Shown here: positions 34,036 through 44,389 of the stretch, piece after piece
Numbering within the stretch: position 1 is the stretch's first letter
Layout: the number at the start of each line of letters is the position of its first letter
Notes under the pieces: generated by a model
The model's input: only the letters and a program-made list of their open reading frames with translations
Databases searched by the model: none
Told to the model about the DNA's origin: nothing
Source: Actinomycetota bacterium
GTDB taxonomy: Bacteria; Actinomycetota; Acidimicrobiia; Acidimicrobiales; Ilumatobacteraceae
Length of the DNA: 64,000 nt
Direction: 5' to 3'
Assembly: GCA_041164425.1 (NCBI GenBank)
Contig: JBEAPO010000127.1
Location: forward strand, 47,586 to 111,585
Program-made: the position numbers and the translations under genes

Positions 34036-35058
34036 ATGGTCGCAGGTCTCACCGTCAACATCGCGTGGATCGTTCTCGCGGCCATCACCGTTTCGTGGGT
34101 CATCTACGGACTGTTCAACATCCGTGGGTCGCGTCGCGAATACGGATCCGAAATCGAACTGGCTGCGAACCGCAAGCCGTACTACGACGACGAAGTTCTC
34201 GAGGGGAAGAAGCTCGAGCGCACACAGTTGCTTGGTCTCGCGTTCCTCGCCGTCATCACCATCTCGCTTCCGCTCTACTGGGTTCTCGAACCCAGCCGCC
34301 AGTCGAACGCGGAGTTCGGATGGAGCAAGCGCTTCGCAAGTTGGGGCGGCAAGTTGTTCGATGTCACCGCCAACGGCGGCTTCAACTGCGCAGGTTGCCA
34401 CGGCGGCATGAAGGCCAACGGCGGCAACGCGCCTTTCGCGGTCACCGACCCGAAGACCGGTGAAGTGAAAGCCGTCAGCTGGAAAGCACCGGCGCTCAAC
34501 ACCGTGTACCAACGCTTCTCGGAGTCAGAGGTGCGGTTCATCCTCGAATACGGCCGTCCGTTCTCGCCGATGTCGCCATGGGGCACCATCGGCGGCGGGC
34601 CGATGAACGAACAGCAGATTCAGACGCTGCTCGACTACCTCAAGAGCATCCAGCTTCCCCTTGAAGAAGGAAAGATGCCGAAGGCAAAGGCCGACGAGAT
34701 TCAGGCCGAAGCCGAGCGACTTGTCAAGGCCGGCGCATACAAGTCGGTCGGTGAGGCACTGTTCAACCTCGACATCGATGGGGGTGCGTATTCCTGCGCA
34801 CGCTGCCACACGAAGGGTTGGTCTTACGGTGACGCACAGATCACCGGTGGCGGTGCCTTCGGCCCGAACCTCACCGGCGGGTCGACCGTGCGTCAGTTCC
34901 CCAGCCAGGACGAAATGATCGCGTTCATCAAGAACGGCTCGGAGTACGGCAAGAAGTACGGCGAACAGGGCCAGGGCGGCGGTCGTATGCCCGGTTTCGG
35001 CGCCACGTACACCGATGAGCAGATCAAGGCCATCGTGGAATACGTGAGGGGTCTCTAG
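34036..35058 (+). CDS. Membrane-anchored diheme c-type cytochrome
   Basis: Two CxxCH motifs (NCAGCHGG and SCARCHTKG). N-terminal TM helix. Confidence 0.85.
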   Translation: MVAGLTVNIAWIVLAAITVSWVIYGLFNIRGSRREYGSEIELAANRKPYYDDEVLEGKKLERTQLLGLAFLAVITISLPLYWVLEPSRQSNAEFGWSKRFASWGGKLFDVTANGGFNCAGCHGGMKANGGNAPFAVTDPKTGEVKAVSWKAPALNTVYQRFSESEVRFILEYGRPFSPMSPWGTIGGGPMNEQQIQTLLDYLKSIQLPLEEGKMPKAKADEIQAEAERLVKAGAYKSVGEALFNLDIDGGAYSCARCHTKGWSYGDAQITGGGAFGPNLTGGSTVRQFPSQDEMIAFIKNGSEYGKKYGEQGQGGGRMPGFGATYTDEQIKAIVEYVRGL

Positions 35059-35883
35059 ATGTTGTCAACTCTTCTCGCCGTCGGGTGGGAACCCGAGATT
35101 CGCGGTGCGCTCACGGTCATCATCGGTGTCGTTGCGTTGATGGGCAGCGTCTATCTCATCCTCGGCACGAACATGGGTGCGCGCCTCGGTCTGCTTGTCG
35201 CACTCGCCGGACTCTTCGGGTGGATGGCCACGATGGGTGCGATCTGGTGGACCTACGGCATCGGCCTCCAGGGTCGTCAACCAACGTGGAAACCCGCTGC
35301 CCCGATCTCGATCGTGCGTGATGCGCGTTTGCTCGATCGCGCAGAGGTCATCGGCGCGCCGATCAAGATCGATGCGGGTGCGACGCCGTCCGAAGTTGCG
35401 AAGGCAGCGCAGGCCGGGCTCATCGCCGACGGTTGGACCAGGCTCGATGACGCCGACCCGCGTCGTGGTCAGGCCGTCGCTTCGGCCGACGACATCATTC
35501 AGAACAAGGCCAAGGAGTACGCGGCCGGTGAGTACACCGCGGTTGCCGTGTACGACCGTGGTGGCGAACGTTGGCCGAAGATTTCCGAGTCGATCGACTT
35601 CACCGCGTTGCTGCACAAGCCGCGTTACGCGCTCGTCGAACTCGCATCGTTGGTGCCCCAGCGCACCGAGCCCGGTCGCGCTCCGGCTCGGCCCGTCATC
35701 GACAACGAACAACCACACCGCTATCTGCTCATGATCCGTGACCTCGGCTCGAAGCGTCAGCCCGCCGTGTTCATCACCATCGGATCCTCGATCATCTTCC
35801 TCATTCTCTGCTGGCTCCTTCATCGTCGCGACCGCTTCGTGAAGGAGAACGTTGCGGGTGAGTTGAATCCGGCGAAGGCCTAG
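35059..35883 (+). CDS. Hypothetical membrane protein between the bc-type genes and nuoA
   Basis: 274 aa. Two N-terminal and one C-terminal hydrophobic segments flank a soluble domain. The gap to the upstream gene is 0 nt and to nuoA 14 nt. Confidence 0.55.
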   Translation: MLSTLLAVGWEPEIRGALTVIIGVVALMGSVYLILGTNMGARLGLLVALAGLFGWMATMGAIWWTYGIGLQGRQPTWKPAAPISIVRDARLLDRAEVIGAPIKIDAGATPSEVAKAAQAGLIADGWTRLDDADPRRGQAVASADDIIQNKAKEYAAGEYTAVAVYDRGGERWPKISESIDFTALLHKPRYALVELASLVPQRTEPGRAPARPVIDNEQPHRYLLMIRDLGSKRQPAVFITIGSSIIFLILCWLLHRRDRFVKENVAGELNPAKA

Positions 35884-35897
35884 GGCGGAACCACACC

Positions 35898-36383
35898 GTG
35901 GGGCAATATCTCCCGATCATCGTCCTGCTGGTACTGGCGATTCTCTTCGGTGCGATCAGTTTTCTTGCGTCAACCCTTCTCGCCCCGAAGCGACCGCATG
36001 CAGCCAAAGAAGCTCCGTACGAGTGCGGTATCGTGCCGGGTCGCGAGCCACCACAACGATTCCCGGTGTCGTTTTACATCGTTGCGATGTTGTTCATCAT
36101 GTTCGACATCGAAATCATCTTCGTGTACCCGTACGCGGTCGACCGCGAGTTCCTCGGTTCGTTCGCGTTCTTCGAGATGCTCGCATTCAGCGCGGTCTTC
36201 TTCGTCGCGTTCGTCTATGTGGTCGCACGCGGTGCGCTCGACTGGGGTCCGATCCAGCGCGCGGGACGCATCGATTCGTCGCACGACGGTGTGATCTCGG
36301 CGAACCGCACAACGACATCGACCATCCGTCGTGTCGGCGCCGAGGGCCGCATCGAAATCGATCGCGAAGGAGCAGCGGCCTGA
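35898..36383 (+). CDS. nuoA: NADH-quinone oxidoreductase subunit A (operon 1), with ~40-aa hydrophilic C-terminal extension
   Basis: [43 protein letters not shown] start. Confidence 0.85.
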   Translation: MGQYLPIIVLLVLAILFGAISFLASTLLAPKRPHAAKEAPYECGIVPGREPPQRFPVSFYIVAMLFIMFDIEIIFVYPYAVDREFLGSFAFFEMLAFSAVFFVAFVYVVARGALDWGPIQRAGRIDSSHDGVISANRTTTSTIRRVGAEGRIEIDREGAAA

Positions 36384-36967
36384 TGGGTGTGCGTGACGTT
36401 CTCGACGAGGGCCTCGGCGGTCTGCAGCACAACTTCCTCACGGGTCGCATCGAAGATTTGGTGAACTGGTCGCGGTCACGTTCGTCGTGGCCCGCATCAT
36501 TCGGTCTCGCGTGTTGCGCAATCGAGATGATGGCAACCGGAGCCGCGCACTACGACCTGGCGCGCTTCGGCATGGAAGTGTTCCGCGCGTCCCCGCGCCA
36601 AGCCGACATCATGATCGTTGCCGGGCGCGTGAGCCAGAAGATGGCGCCGGTTTTGCGACAGGTCTACGACCAGATGATGGAGCCCAAGTGGGTCATCTCG
36701 ATGGGCGTCTGCGCATCGAGTGGCGGCATGTTCAACAACTACGCCATCGTGCAAGGCGTCGACCAAGTCGTGCCCGTCGACGTCTACGCCCCCGGTTGCC
36801 CGCCAACACCCGAAACCCTCATCCATGCGATCGAGACCCTGCACCAACTCATCGAAGACGGCGAGATCCTGCGTCGTCGGAAGGAGACGGGCGCGGGTGC
36901 GAACGTGCACATCCAAGAAATTCCCGCCGGCTCTGTGACGACGCCGGTCATCCTCGGAAGCCGCTGA
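36383..36967 (+). CDS. nuoB: NADH-quinone oxidoreductase subunit B (operon 1)
   Basis: ATG at 36383 in a TGATG overlap. [12 protein letters not shown]...[12 protein letters not shown]...APGCPP (N2 ligands). Confidence 0.9.
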   Translation: MGVRDVLDEGLGGLQHNFLTGRIEDLVNWSRSRSSWPASFGLACCAIEMMATGAAHYDLARFGMEVFRASPRQADIMIVAGRVSQKMAPVLRQVYDQMMEPKWVISMGVCASSGGMFNNYAIVQGVDQVVPVDVYAPGCPPTPETLIHAIETLHQLIEDGEILRRRKETGAGANVHIQEIPAGSVTTPVILGSR

Positions 36968-36969
36968 AC

Positions 36970-37467
36970 ATGAGCGACGAAACGACAATGACCGAACACG
37001 CACCTGCACCGACGCGGTACGGCTGTCCCGTCAGCGACTCCCGTGGCCAGGTCGTCATTCATCCGACGCGCGAGAACTACATCGCGACGCTGAAGGCGCT
37101 CGTCGACGACACCTTCGTGTTGTGCTCCGATCTCACCGCCGTCGACTACTCGACGTACGCATCGCGCATCGGACGTCCCGCCGAACGCTTCGAAGTCGTG
37201 CTCAATCTCATCTCACTCGAGCGACGCGAGCGGATCCGCGTGCGCGTCGCGGTACCCGATGCCGACCCGTCGTTGCCATCGGCTTTCGATCTGTATCCCG
37301 GTACCGAGGCAATGGAACGCGAGGCGTTCGACATGTTCGGCATCGTGTTCAGCGGCCACCCGGATCTCTCGCGCATCTTGATGCCCGAAGACTGGGACGG
37401 CCACCCGTTGCGCAAGGACTACGCGATCGGCCGCATTCCGGTTCAGTTCAAGGGGAGCCCGTCGTGA
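36970..37467 (+). CDS. nuoC: NADH-quinone oxidoreductase subunit C (operon 1)
   Basis: AMEREAFDMFGIVFSGHPDLSRILMPEDWDGHPLRKDY. Confidence 0.85.
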   Translation: MSDETTMTEHAPAPTRYGCPVSDSRGQVVIHPTRENYIATLKALVDDTFVLCSDLTAVDYSTYASRIGRPAERFEVVLNLISLERRERIRVRVAVPDADPSLPSAFDLYPGTEAMEREAFDMFGIVFSGHPDLSRILMPEDWDGHPLRKDYAIGRIPVQFKGSPS

Positions 37468-38813
37468 CCGACCTCATCACAGCGACGCCCGGGGCAACCG
37501 CCGAAGGCAATCAGGAAATGCGTGCACGCAGCGAGCTCACTGCGCGCGAGGTGATGCGCGAAGTCGGTGCGGTGTTGCGCATGACCGAGGCCCAGGCCGC
37601 GGCATTGGCGACCGACAACGTCGACCCGACCGAGATTCCCGAAGATCAGTCGATGATCATCAACATGGGCCCACAGCACCCGAGCACGCACGGTGTGTTG
37701 CGCCTCATGTTGGAACTTCAAGGCGAACGCGTTCTGCGGTGCAAGCCGATCATCGGCTACCTGCACACCGGCATGGAGAAGACCGGCGAAGACCTCACGT
37801 TCATGCAAGGCGGTACGAACGTCACGCGCATGGACTATCTGTCGCCACTGAACAACGAGTTGGTGTTCTCGATGGCCGTCGAGAAGTTGCTCGGTATCGA
37901 CGGCGACATTCCCGAGCGCGCCGTTTGGATGCGCATGTTGCTCTCGGAACTCAACCGCATGAGCAGCCATCTGTTGTTCCTCGCGACGAACGGCATGGAC
38001 ATCGGTGCCGTGTCGATGATGATCTACGGCTGGCGTGAGCGCGAAGAGGTTTTGCGTTTCTTCCAGAAGGTCACGGGTCTACGGATGAACCACAATTTCA
38101 TCCGACCGGGTGGTCTCGCCGCCGACCTGCCCGCTGGTTGGCGTGACGATGTGATCGACATTCTCGACCGTTTGCCCGATCGCCTCGCCGAATACGACAT
38201 CCTCATGACCGAACAGCCGATCTGGCGCGAGCGCCTGCAGGGTGTCGGTGTCATCACCGCACAGGAGGCCGTGGCGCTCGGCGCAACGGGTCCGATCCTG
38301 CGCTCCACGGGCGTGGCGTGGGACCTGCGTCGCGACATGCCCTACCTGCGCTACGACGACGTCGAGTTCGACGTCATCGTCGGTTCGTATGGCGATGCCT
38401 TCGACCGTTACGCGATCCGCCTGAACGAGATCCGCGAGTCCATGAAGATCGTTCGTCAGATCCTCGACCGAATGCCGTCCGGTGACTACCGCATCCAGGA
38501 CAAGAAGGTGACGCCGCCGCCGCGTGCCCGCATCGACGAGTCGATGGAAGCACTCATCCACCACTTCAAGATCTTCACGGAAGGCTTCAAGGTGCCCGAG
38601 GGTGAGGTGTACGTCGGTATCGAAAGCCCGCGCGGGGAAATCGGCTGCTACATCGTGAGCGACGGTTCACCGAAGCCCTACCGCATCCACATGCGCGCGC
38701 CCTCGTTCGTCAACATCCAGTGCCTGCCCCACATGATGCGCGACGGTCTGGTTGCCGACGCCGTAGCGGTGATTTCCTCCGTCGATCCCGTGCTGGGAGA
38801 GGTCGACCGATGA
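37464..38813 (+). CDS. nuoD: NADH-quinone oxidoreductase subunit D (operon 1); H-T-G variant of the HRGxEK motif
   Basis: GTGA overlap start. INMGPQHPSTHGVLRLMLEL...IGYLHTGMEKTGE. The Thr codon lies at 37767-37769. Confidence 0.9.
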   Translation: MTDLITATPGATAEGNQEMRARSELTAREVMREVGAVLRMTEAQAAALATDNVDPTEIPEDQSMIINMGPQHPSTHGVLRLMLELQGERVLRCKPIIGYLHTGMEKTGEDLTFMQGGTNVTRMDYLSPLNNELVFSMAVEKLLGIDGDIPERAVWMRMLLSELNRMSSHLLFLATNGMDIGAVSMMIYGWREREEVLRFFQKVTGLRMNHNFIRPGGLAADLPAGWRDDVIDILDRLPDRLAEYDILMTEQPIWRERLQGVGVITAQEAVALGATGPILRSTGVAWDLRRDMPYLRYDDVEFDVIVGSYGDAFDRYAIRLNEIRESMKIVRQILDRMPSGDYRIQDKKVTPPPRARIDESMEALIHHFKIFTEGFKVPEGEVYVGIESPRGEIGCYIVSDGSPKPYRIHMRAPSFVNIQCLPHMMRDGLVADAVAVISSVDPVLGEVDR

Positions 38814-39424
38814 GCCGTCTCACCGATGCCAACGTCTCGATCGCGAGCGAGATCATCGCTCGGTACCCGAGGCCGAAGTCGGCACTCATTCCGCTGTTGC
38901 ACCTCTCGCAAGAGCAGAACGGCTGGATCACCGACGAGGCAATGAAGCACATTGCAGAGCTCGTCGGTGTCACGCCAGCCGAAGTTCTCGGCACGGCCTC
39001 TTTCTACGAGATGTTCAAGTTCGAACCGGTCGGCAAGTACGTGATCAACATCTGCGGCACCATGTCGTGCGCGCTGATGGGTTCGGAAGAACTGTTGCAC
39101 CACGCCGAGCATCGTCTCGGCATCAAGGCCGGTGGCACCACCGCCGACGGCATGTTCACCATCGAGCACGCCGAGTGTCAGGCTGCGTGCACCGAGGCAC
39201 CATGTCTGCAGGTGAACTACCGCTATCGCTTTCGCATGACGACCGCGCAACTCGACGCATTGATCGATGACCTCGCGGCGGGAAAACTCGCCGAAGAGAT
39301 TCCGGCTCACGGCACTCTCGCTCGCGTGCGACAGCACATCCCCGCGGAACGCAGCGCGGGTGCGCTGTCTCCCGAGGTGCCCGGACAAGAGCCCGTGTGG
39401 ATGAACGGAAAGGCGGCGCTGTGA
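38810..39424 (+). CDS. nuoE: NADH-quinone oxidoreductase subunit E (operon 1)
   Basis: ATGA overlap. ALIPLLHLSQEQNGWI...INICGTMSCALMG...ECQAACTEAPC ([2Fe-2S]). Confidence 0.9.
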   Translation: MSRLTDANVSIASEIIARYPRPKSALIPLLHLSQEQNGWITDEAMKHIAELVGVTPAEVLGTASFYEMFKFEPVGKYVINICGTMSCALMGSEELLHHAEHRLGIKAGGTTADGMFTIEHAECQAACTEAPCLQVNYRYRFRMTTAQLDALIDDLAAGKLAEEIPAHGTLARVRQHIPAERSAGALSPEVPGQEPVWMNGKAAL

Positions 39425-40818
39425 CCGGTACTTACGCACACGCCGCGGGTTTCTACGCCGGCGATCGTCCGAAGATCGTGACCTCGCGGTTCGAACACGC
39501 TGATTCGCACACCATCGAGCGGTACCTCGCCACCGACGGTTACAAGGGTCTCCGCGCGGCGCTTGCGCGTCCCGCCGCCGACGTGCACGAGGAAGTGAAG
39601 AACGCAACGGTTCTGGGCCGCGGCGGAGCAGGCTTCCCGGCCGGCACGAAGTGGGGCCTCATGCCCGCGGGCAACTTCCCGCGGTACCTCGTCGTCAACG
39701 GTGACGAGAGCGAGCCCGGCACCTACAAGGACCGCCTGCTCATGGAGCGCGATCCGCACCAATTGATCGAGGGTTGTCTCATCGCGTGTTACGCGGCGGG
39801 TCTGTCGCGCTGCTTTCTCTACATCCGCGGCGAGATGGCGCAGGCGCAAGAGCGTGTTGCGGCGGCACTGAACGAGGCGTACGCAGCGGGTTACGTTGGC
39901 CGCAACATCCTCGGTTCGAATTTCTCGGTCGACATCGTGTTGCACTGGGGTGCCGGCGCGTACGTGGTCGGTGAAGAGACGGCGCTCATCGAGAGCCTCG
40001 AAGGCAACCGCGGTATGCCGCGTTTGAAGCCCCCGTATTTCCCCGCGGCGATCGGCCTTTACGGACAGCCGACGATCGTGAACAACGTCGAGACTTTGGC
40101 GAATCTTCCATGGATCGCTCGCAATGGTGCCGAGGCATACACCGCGATCGGAACCAAGACGTCTCCCGGTACACGCATGGTCGCGGTGTCGGGTCACGTG
40201 AAGCGTCCGGGCGTTTACGAGATCGTGAACGGCACGACCACCTTCCGCGATCTGCTCTACGGCGACGAGTTCTGCCAGGGCATCCGCAACGGCAACAAAC
40301 TGAAGGCCTTCGTTCCGGGTGGCGGTTCCGCGCCGTGGTTCCTTCCCGATCAACTCGACCTGCCGTTCGAGGCGAGCCAGGTCGGTCCGGCGGGTTCGAT
40401 GCTTGGGTCCGGTGCGATCATGGTGATGGACGAGACAACCGACATTCCTCATGCGGCACTCACGCTCACGCGTTTCTACGCACACGAATCGTGCGGCAAG
40501 TGCACACCGTGCCGCGAGGGTGGTACGTGGCTCGAACGCATCCTCACGCGCATCGTCGAGGGCAACGGCACCGACGCCGACCTCGACCAATTGATCGAAG
40601 TCGGGACGTCGATCTGTCCCGGTGACTTCCCGCATGCATCGAGTGAACGTCTCGGTCTGTCTGCGGTGCCTTTCCCGTACAAGATGACAACGATCTGTTT
40701 CGTCGGTCCGTCGGCGTATGCACCGGTCAATTCGGCGTTGACGTTGTTCCCCGAAGAATTCGCTGCGCGCGTCACGAAGCGCAACCGCATTCCCGTCACG
40801 GCAGTGGGCGGTGAATGA
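39421..40818 (+). CDS. nuoF: NADH-quinone oxidoreductase subunit F (operon 1)
   Basis: GRGGAGFPAGTKWG (FMN site) and ESCGKCTPCREG (N3). The GTGA overlap start at 39421 is preferred over the track start at 39397. Confidence 0.9.
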   Translation: MTGTYAHAAGFYAGDRPKIVTSRFEHADSHTIERYLATDGYKGLRAALARPAADVHEEVKNATVLGRGGAGFPAGTKWGLMPAGNFPRYLVVNGDESEPGTYKDRLLMERDPHQLIEGCLIACYAAGLSRCFLYIRGEMAQAQERVAAALNEAYAAGYVGRNILGSNFSVDIVLHWGAGAYVVGEETALIESLEGNRGMPRLKPPYFPAAIGLYGQPTIVNNVETLANLPWIARNGAEAYTAIGTKTSPGTRMVAVSGHVKRPGVYEIVNGTTTFRDLLYGDEFCQGIRNGNKLKAFVPGGGSAPWFLPDQLDLPFEASQVGPAGSMLGSGAIMVMDETTDIPHAALTLTRFYAHESCGKCTPCREGGTWLERILTRIVEGNGTDADLDQLIEVGTSICPGDFPHASSERLGLSAVPFPYKMTTICFVGPSAYAPVNSALTLFPEEFAARVTKRNRIPVTAVGGE

Positions 40819-43160
40819 TGAGCACGACCGAATCAAACACCGGATCCGAAACCGAACAGGAAGTCGTCGTCGACCCGAATGCGGTGACGATCAATCTGAA
40901 CGGCCGCGATGTGTCGGCTCGCAAGGGTGAGTTCATCATCGCCGCCGCCGACCGTGCGGGCGATTTCATTCCGCGGTTCTGCTACCACCCACGCATGAAG
41001 TCGGTCGGGATGTGCCGCCAGTGCCTCGTCGAAGTCGACGGACCGCGCGGGCCGATGATGGTCGTCTCATGCATGACACCCGTTGCCGAAGGACAGGTCG
41101 TCCGTACCGAAACCGATCAGGTCAAGCGCGCGCAGGAAGGCGTACTCGAACTGCTGCTGGCGAACCACCCGCTCGATTGTCCCGTGTGTGACAAGGGCGG
41201 CGAGTGCCCACTTCAAGACCAGGCGTTCTCGCATGGCCCTGGTGAGAGCCGGTACGTCGAGGAGAAGCGGCACTACGAGAAGCCCATCGCGATCAGCGAC
41301 CTCGTGTACCTCGACCGCGAGCGTTGCATTCTCTGCGACCGTTGCACGCGTTTCGCTAGCGACGTCGCCGGTGACCCGTTGATTTCGTTCACGCACCGCG
41401 GGAACAACACGCAGGTGTTGACTTTCCCCGACGAACCCTTTGCTTCGTACTTCTCGGGCAACACCGTGCAGATCTGTCCGGTCGGGGCGCTCACCGCCAA
41501 GCCCTATCGCTTCAAGGCCCGACCATGGGATCTGGAAGAGACCGAGAGCACCTGCACCACGTGTGCCGTTGGTTGCCGCGTCTCGGTGCAGTCGAGTCGT
41601 GACCAAGTCGTGCGACTGCAGGGCATCGACAACCCGGACGAGCCCGGCATGGGAACCCTCAACTGGGGTTGGTTGTGCGACCGCGGTCGCTTCAACTTCG
41701 AATCCATCTCCAGCGACGAGCGTCTCACTTCACCGATGTTGAAGGGCGACAAGGGTCTTGCACCAACATCGTGGGCCAACGCTCTGGAAGTCGCCGCGCG
41801 AACGATTCGTCTCGCAGTTTCATCTCGCGGTGCTGACAGCATCGCGATCCTCGGTGGTGCGCGTCTCGCGAACGAAGACATTCGCGCGTGGGCGATGCTC
41901 GCCGATGCAATGGGCATCTCGATGCGTGACCCCCAGATCGACGACGGTCTTCCCGCCGAGATTCTCGAACTGCCGCAGGCAAGCATCGACGACGCAGCGT
42001 CTGCATCGACGATCGTTCTTCTGGCTCCGGACCTGAAGGAAGAGCTACCGGTTCTCCACCTACGCCTCCGCGATGCGGCGACAAAGCGTGGGGTGAAGAT
42101 CGTCGAGATCGCTCCGAAGGCCTCGGGTCTCACGCGTCATGCATGGAAGTTCGTCCCCTACGAGCCCGGGAACCAGGTCGCAGCGGTCAAGGCCGCGCTT
42201 GCCGACGGGTCGATCAGCTCGCAGTTGTCGGGTGGCAACGTCGTAGTGGTTCTCGGACGGTCGAACCTCGCCGAGTCGGCCGACTTCACACTGCAGGCCT
42301 ACAACACGCTTGCTGCGGCCGTGCCAGGTGTCCGCGTACTTCCCGTTCTGCGGCGCGGCAACGTGCGCGGTGCCATGCAGCAGGGACTCGCGCCGACGTC
42401 AGCCGGCGACGCGCACGACATTCTCCGTGCCGCGGCGGACGGACGTATCGAGTGCCTCGTTCTCCTCGGTGCCGATCCATTGAGCGATGCACCTGATGCC
42501 GATCTTGCTCGCAGGGCGCTCGCGTCGGCGCGCAACATCATCGCGCTCGACACCTTCCCGACGGCGTCGTCGGTGCTTGCCGACGTGTTGTTGCCAGTGG
42601 CGGCCTATGCCGAACGCACGGGAAGTGTCACCAACATCGAGGGCACGATCAGTTGTCTTTCGCAGCGCGTCACCGCACGCGGAACCAGCCGCCCCGACTG
42701 GATGGTCGCCATCGAACTCGCCGAGCGACTCGGCCATGACCTCGGTGTGTCGTCGCTCACCGATCTCGCGGCGCAGCACGTCGAGAACACTGGACGCACC
42801 TCTCTCGAAACGCAAGGCCTCGTTGCGGCGGACCGCAACTCCTACGATCTTCGCCTCGTCGTTTCGCGGCGCATGTACGACCGAGCGGTTGGCACCGTCA
42901 CCAGTCGTTCGCTCACCAACCTCGGTGCCGGCGCGGCGGTGCACCTGAACCCGCGCGACATTGAATCCATCGGCACATCGGAGGGCCGCGACGTACGCGT
43001 GTCGACGTCCCGCACGTCGATCGTCCTGCCGGTGCGGGCCGACGCAAGAGTCACGAAGGGCACTGCGTGGGTTCCGTTCAACCAGGTCGGCGCCGACATT
43101 CGTGAGCTCATCGATTCCGACCAGCCGGTGATCGACGTTCGAGTGGAGAACCTGAAGTGA
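40815..43160 (+). CDS. nuoG: NADH-quinone oxidoreductase subunit G (operon 1)
   Basis: 781 aa. PRFCYHPRMKSVGMCRQCLVEV..., HPLDCPVCDKGGECPLQD, CILCDRCTRF. Confidence 0.9.
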   Translation: MMSTTESNTGSETEQEVVVDPNAVTINLNGRDVSARKGEFIIAAADRAGDFIPRFCYHPRMKSVGMCRQCLVEVDGPRGPMMVVSCMTPVAEGQVVRTETDQVKRAQEGVLELLLANHPLDCPVCDKGGECPLQDQAFSHGPGESRYVEEKRHYEKPIAISDLVYLDRERCILCDRCTRFASDVAGDPLISFTHRGNNTQVLTFPDEPFASYFSGNTVQICPVGALTAKPYRFKARPWDLEETESTCTTCAVGCRVSVQSSRDQVVRLQGIDNPDEPGMGTLNWGWLCDRGRFNFESISSDERLTSPMLKGDKGLAPTSWANALEVAARTIRLAVSSRGADSIAILGGARLANEDIRAWAMLADAMGISMRDPQIDDGLPAEILELPQASIDDAASASTIVLLAPDLKEELPVLHLRLRDAATKRGVKIVEIAPKASGLTRHAWKFVPYEPGNQVAAVKAALADGSISSQLSGGNVVVVLGRSNLAESADFTLQAYNTLAAAVPGVRVLPVLRRGNVRGAMQQGLAPTSAGDAHDILRAAADGRIECLVLLGADPLSDAPDADLARRALASARNIIALDTFPTASSVLADVLLPVAAYAERTGSVTNIEGTISCLSQRVTARGTSRPDWMVAIELAERLGHDLGVSSLTDLAAQHVENTGRTSLETQGLVAADRNSYDLRLVVSRRMYDRAVGTVTSRSLTNLGAGAAVHLNPRDIESIGTSEGRDVRVSTSRTSIVLPVRADARVTKGTAWVPFNQVGADIRELIDSDQPVIDVRVENLK

Positions 43161-44389
43161 CCGTCTTGTCGTTCCTGGCGATCGATCCGCTCCTCGAAGG
43201 CGATCTTCTTTGGACTCCGCTCCTCATCGTTCTGATGAAAGTGCTCGTGGTCTTTGTCGTTGGCCTCGTCGCCACGATGTTGATGGTGTGGTTCGAGCGC
43301 AAGGCGATCGCAGGCATGCAGAACCGCATCGGTCCGAACAAAGCGGGCCCCTTCGGTCTGCTGCAAACCCTCGCCGACGGCATCAAGTTGTTCTTCAAAG
43401 AGGATCTGTTGCCCGAGAAGGCCGACAAGTTCGTCTTCCGTCTCGCGCCGTACCTCTCGTTCGTGCCGGCGTTCCTCGCGTTCGCCATCATTCCGCTGGG
43501 CGGCGACTTCCGCGACGGCAACGGCGGTTTCGTCACGTGGTTCGGTGAGACGACCCGCGTGCAGTTGGCCGACCCGCCGGTCGGTGTTCTCTTCGCACTC
43601 GCCATCTCGTCGATTGCGGTGTACGGCATCATGCTTGCCGGCTGGTCGAGTGGGTCGAAGTACCCGTTGCTCGGTTCGGTGCGCGCATCCGCCCAGATGG
43701 TCAGTTACGAGGCCTCCCTCGGTCTTTCACTCGCTGCCGTCATCCTCGTTTGCGGCACGCTGTCGACGAGCGGCATCGTCGACGCCCAGTCATCGATTGG
43801 TTCATGGAACCTCGTGGCGACGGGCATCGTTCCTTTCCTCATCTTCCTGGTGTCGGCAACTGCCGAACTGAACCGTCCTCCCTTCGACCTCGTCGAAGCC
43901 GAACAGGAACTGGTCGGCGGATTCAACACCGAGTACTCGTCGATTCGTTTCGCCTTGTTCTTCCTCGCCGAATTCATGAACACGATCACCATGTCGGCGT
44001 TCATCGTCACCCTTTTCTTCGGCGGTCCGCAGCCCATCACGATCGGCGATACGACACTCGACATCCCACTCGTGCCGAACGGCCTCGAAGGCACCGTGTG
44101 GTTGTTGCTCAAGGTGATCGTTTTCCTCTACATCTACGTTTGGTTCCGCGGCACTCTTCCGCGGTTCCGTTACGACCAGCTGATGGACCTCGGATGGAAG
44201 TTCCTCATCCCTGCATCGCTCGGTTGGTTCATGCTCCTCGCCGCGCAGCGTCTCGCCGACGACCGCGGCTGGGACCAATGGATCGTCGTTCCGTTGTCGC
44301 TCGCGGTCATCATCGTCGCTTTCATGATGATGCAGCTCGCGTTCCGCGCCAGCGACCGGAACCGTGAAGCCGAAGGGGTGCAGTTCTAA
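43157..44389 (+). CDS. nuoH: NADH-quinone oxidoreductase subunit H (operon 1)
   Basis: WFERKAIAGMQNRIGPNKAGPFGLLQTLADGIKLFFKED...AELNRPPFDLVEAEQELVGGFNTEYS. Confidence 0.9.
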   Translation: MTVLSFLAIDPLLEGDLLWTPLLIVLMKVLVVFVVGLVATMLMVWFERKAIAGMQNRIGPNKAGPFGLLQTLADGIKLFFKEDLLPEKADKFVFRLAPYLSFVPAFLAFAIIPLGGDFRDGNGGFVTWFGETTRVQLADPPVGVLFALAISSIAVYGIMLAGWSSGSKYPLLGSVRASAQMVSYEASLGLSLAAVILVCGTLSTSGIVDAQSSIGSWNLVATGIVPFLIFLVSATAELNRPPFDLVEAEQELVGGFNTEYSSIRFALFFLAEFMNTITMSAFIVTLFFGGPQPITIGDTTLDIPLVPNGLEGTVWLLLKVIVFLYIYVWFRGTLPRFRYDQLMDLGWKFLIPASLGWFMLLAAQRLADDRGWDQWIVVPLSLAVIIVAFMMMQLAFRASDRNREAEGVQF

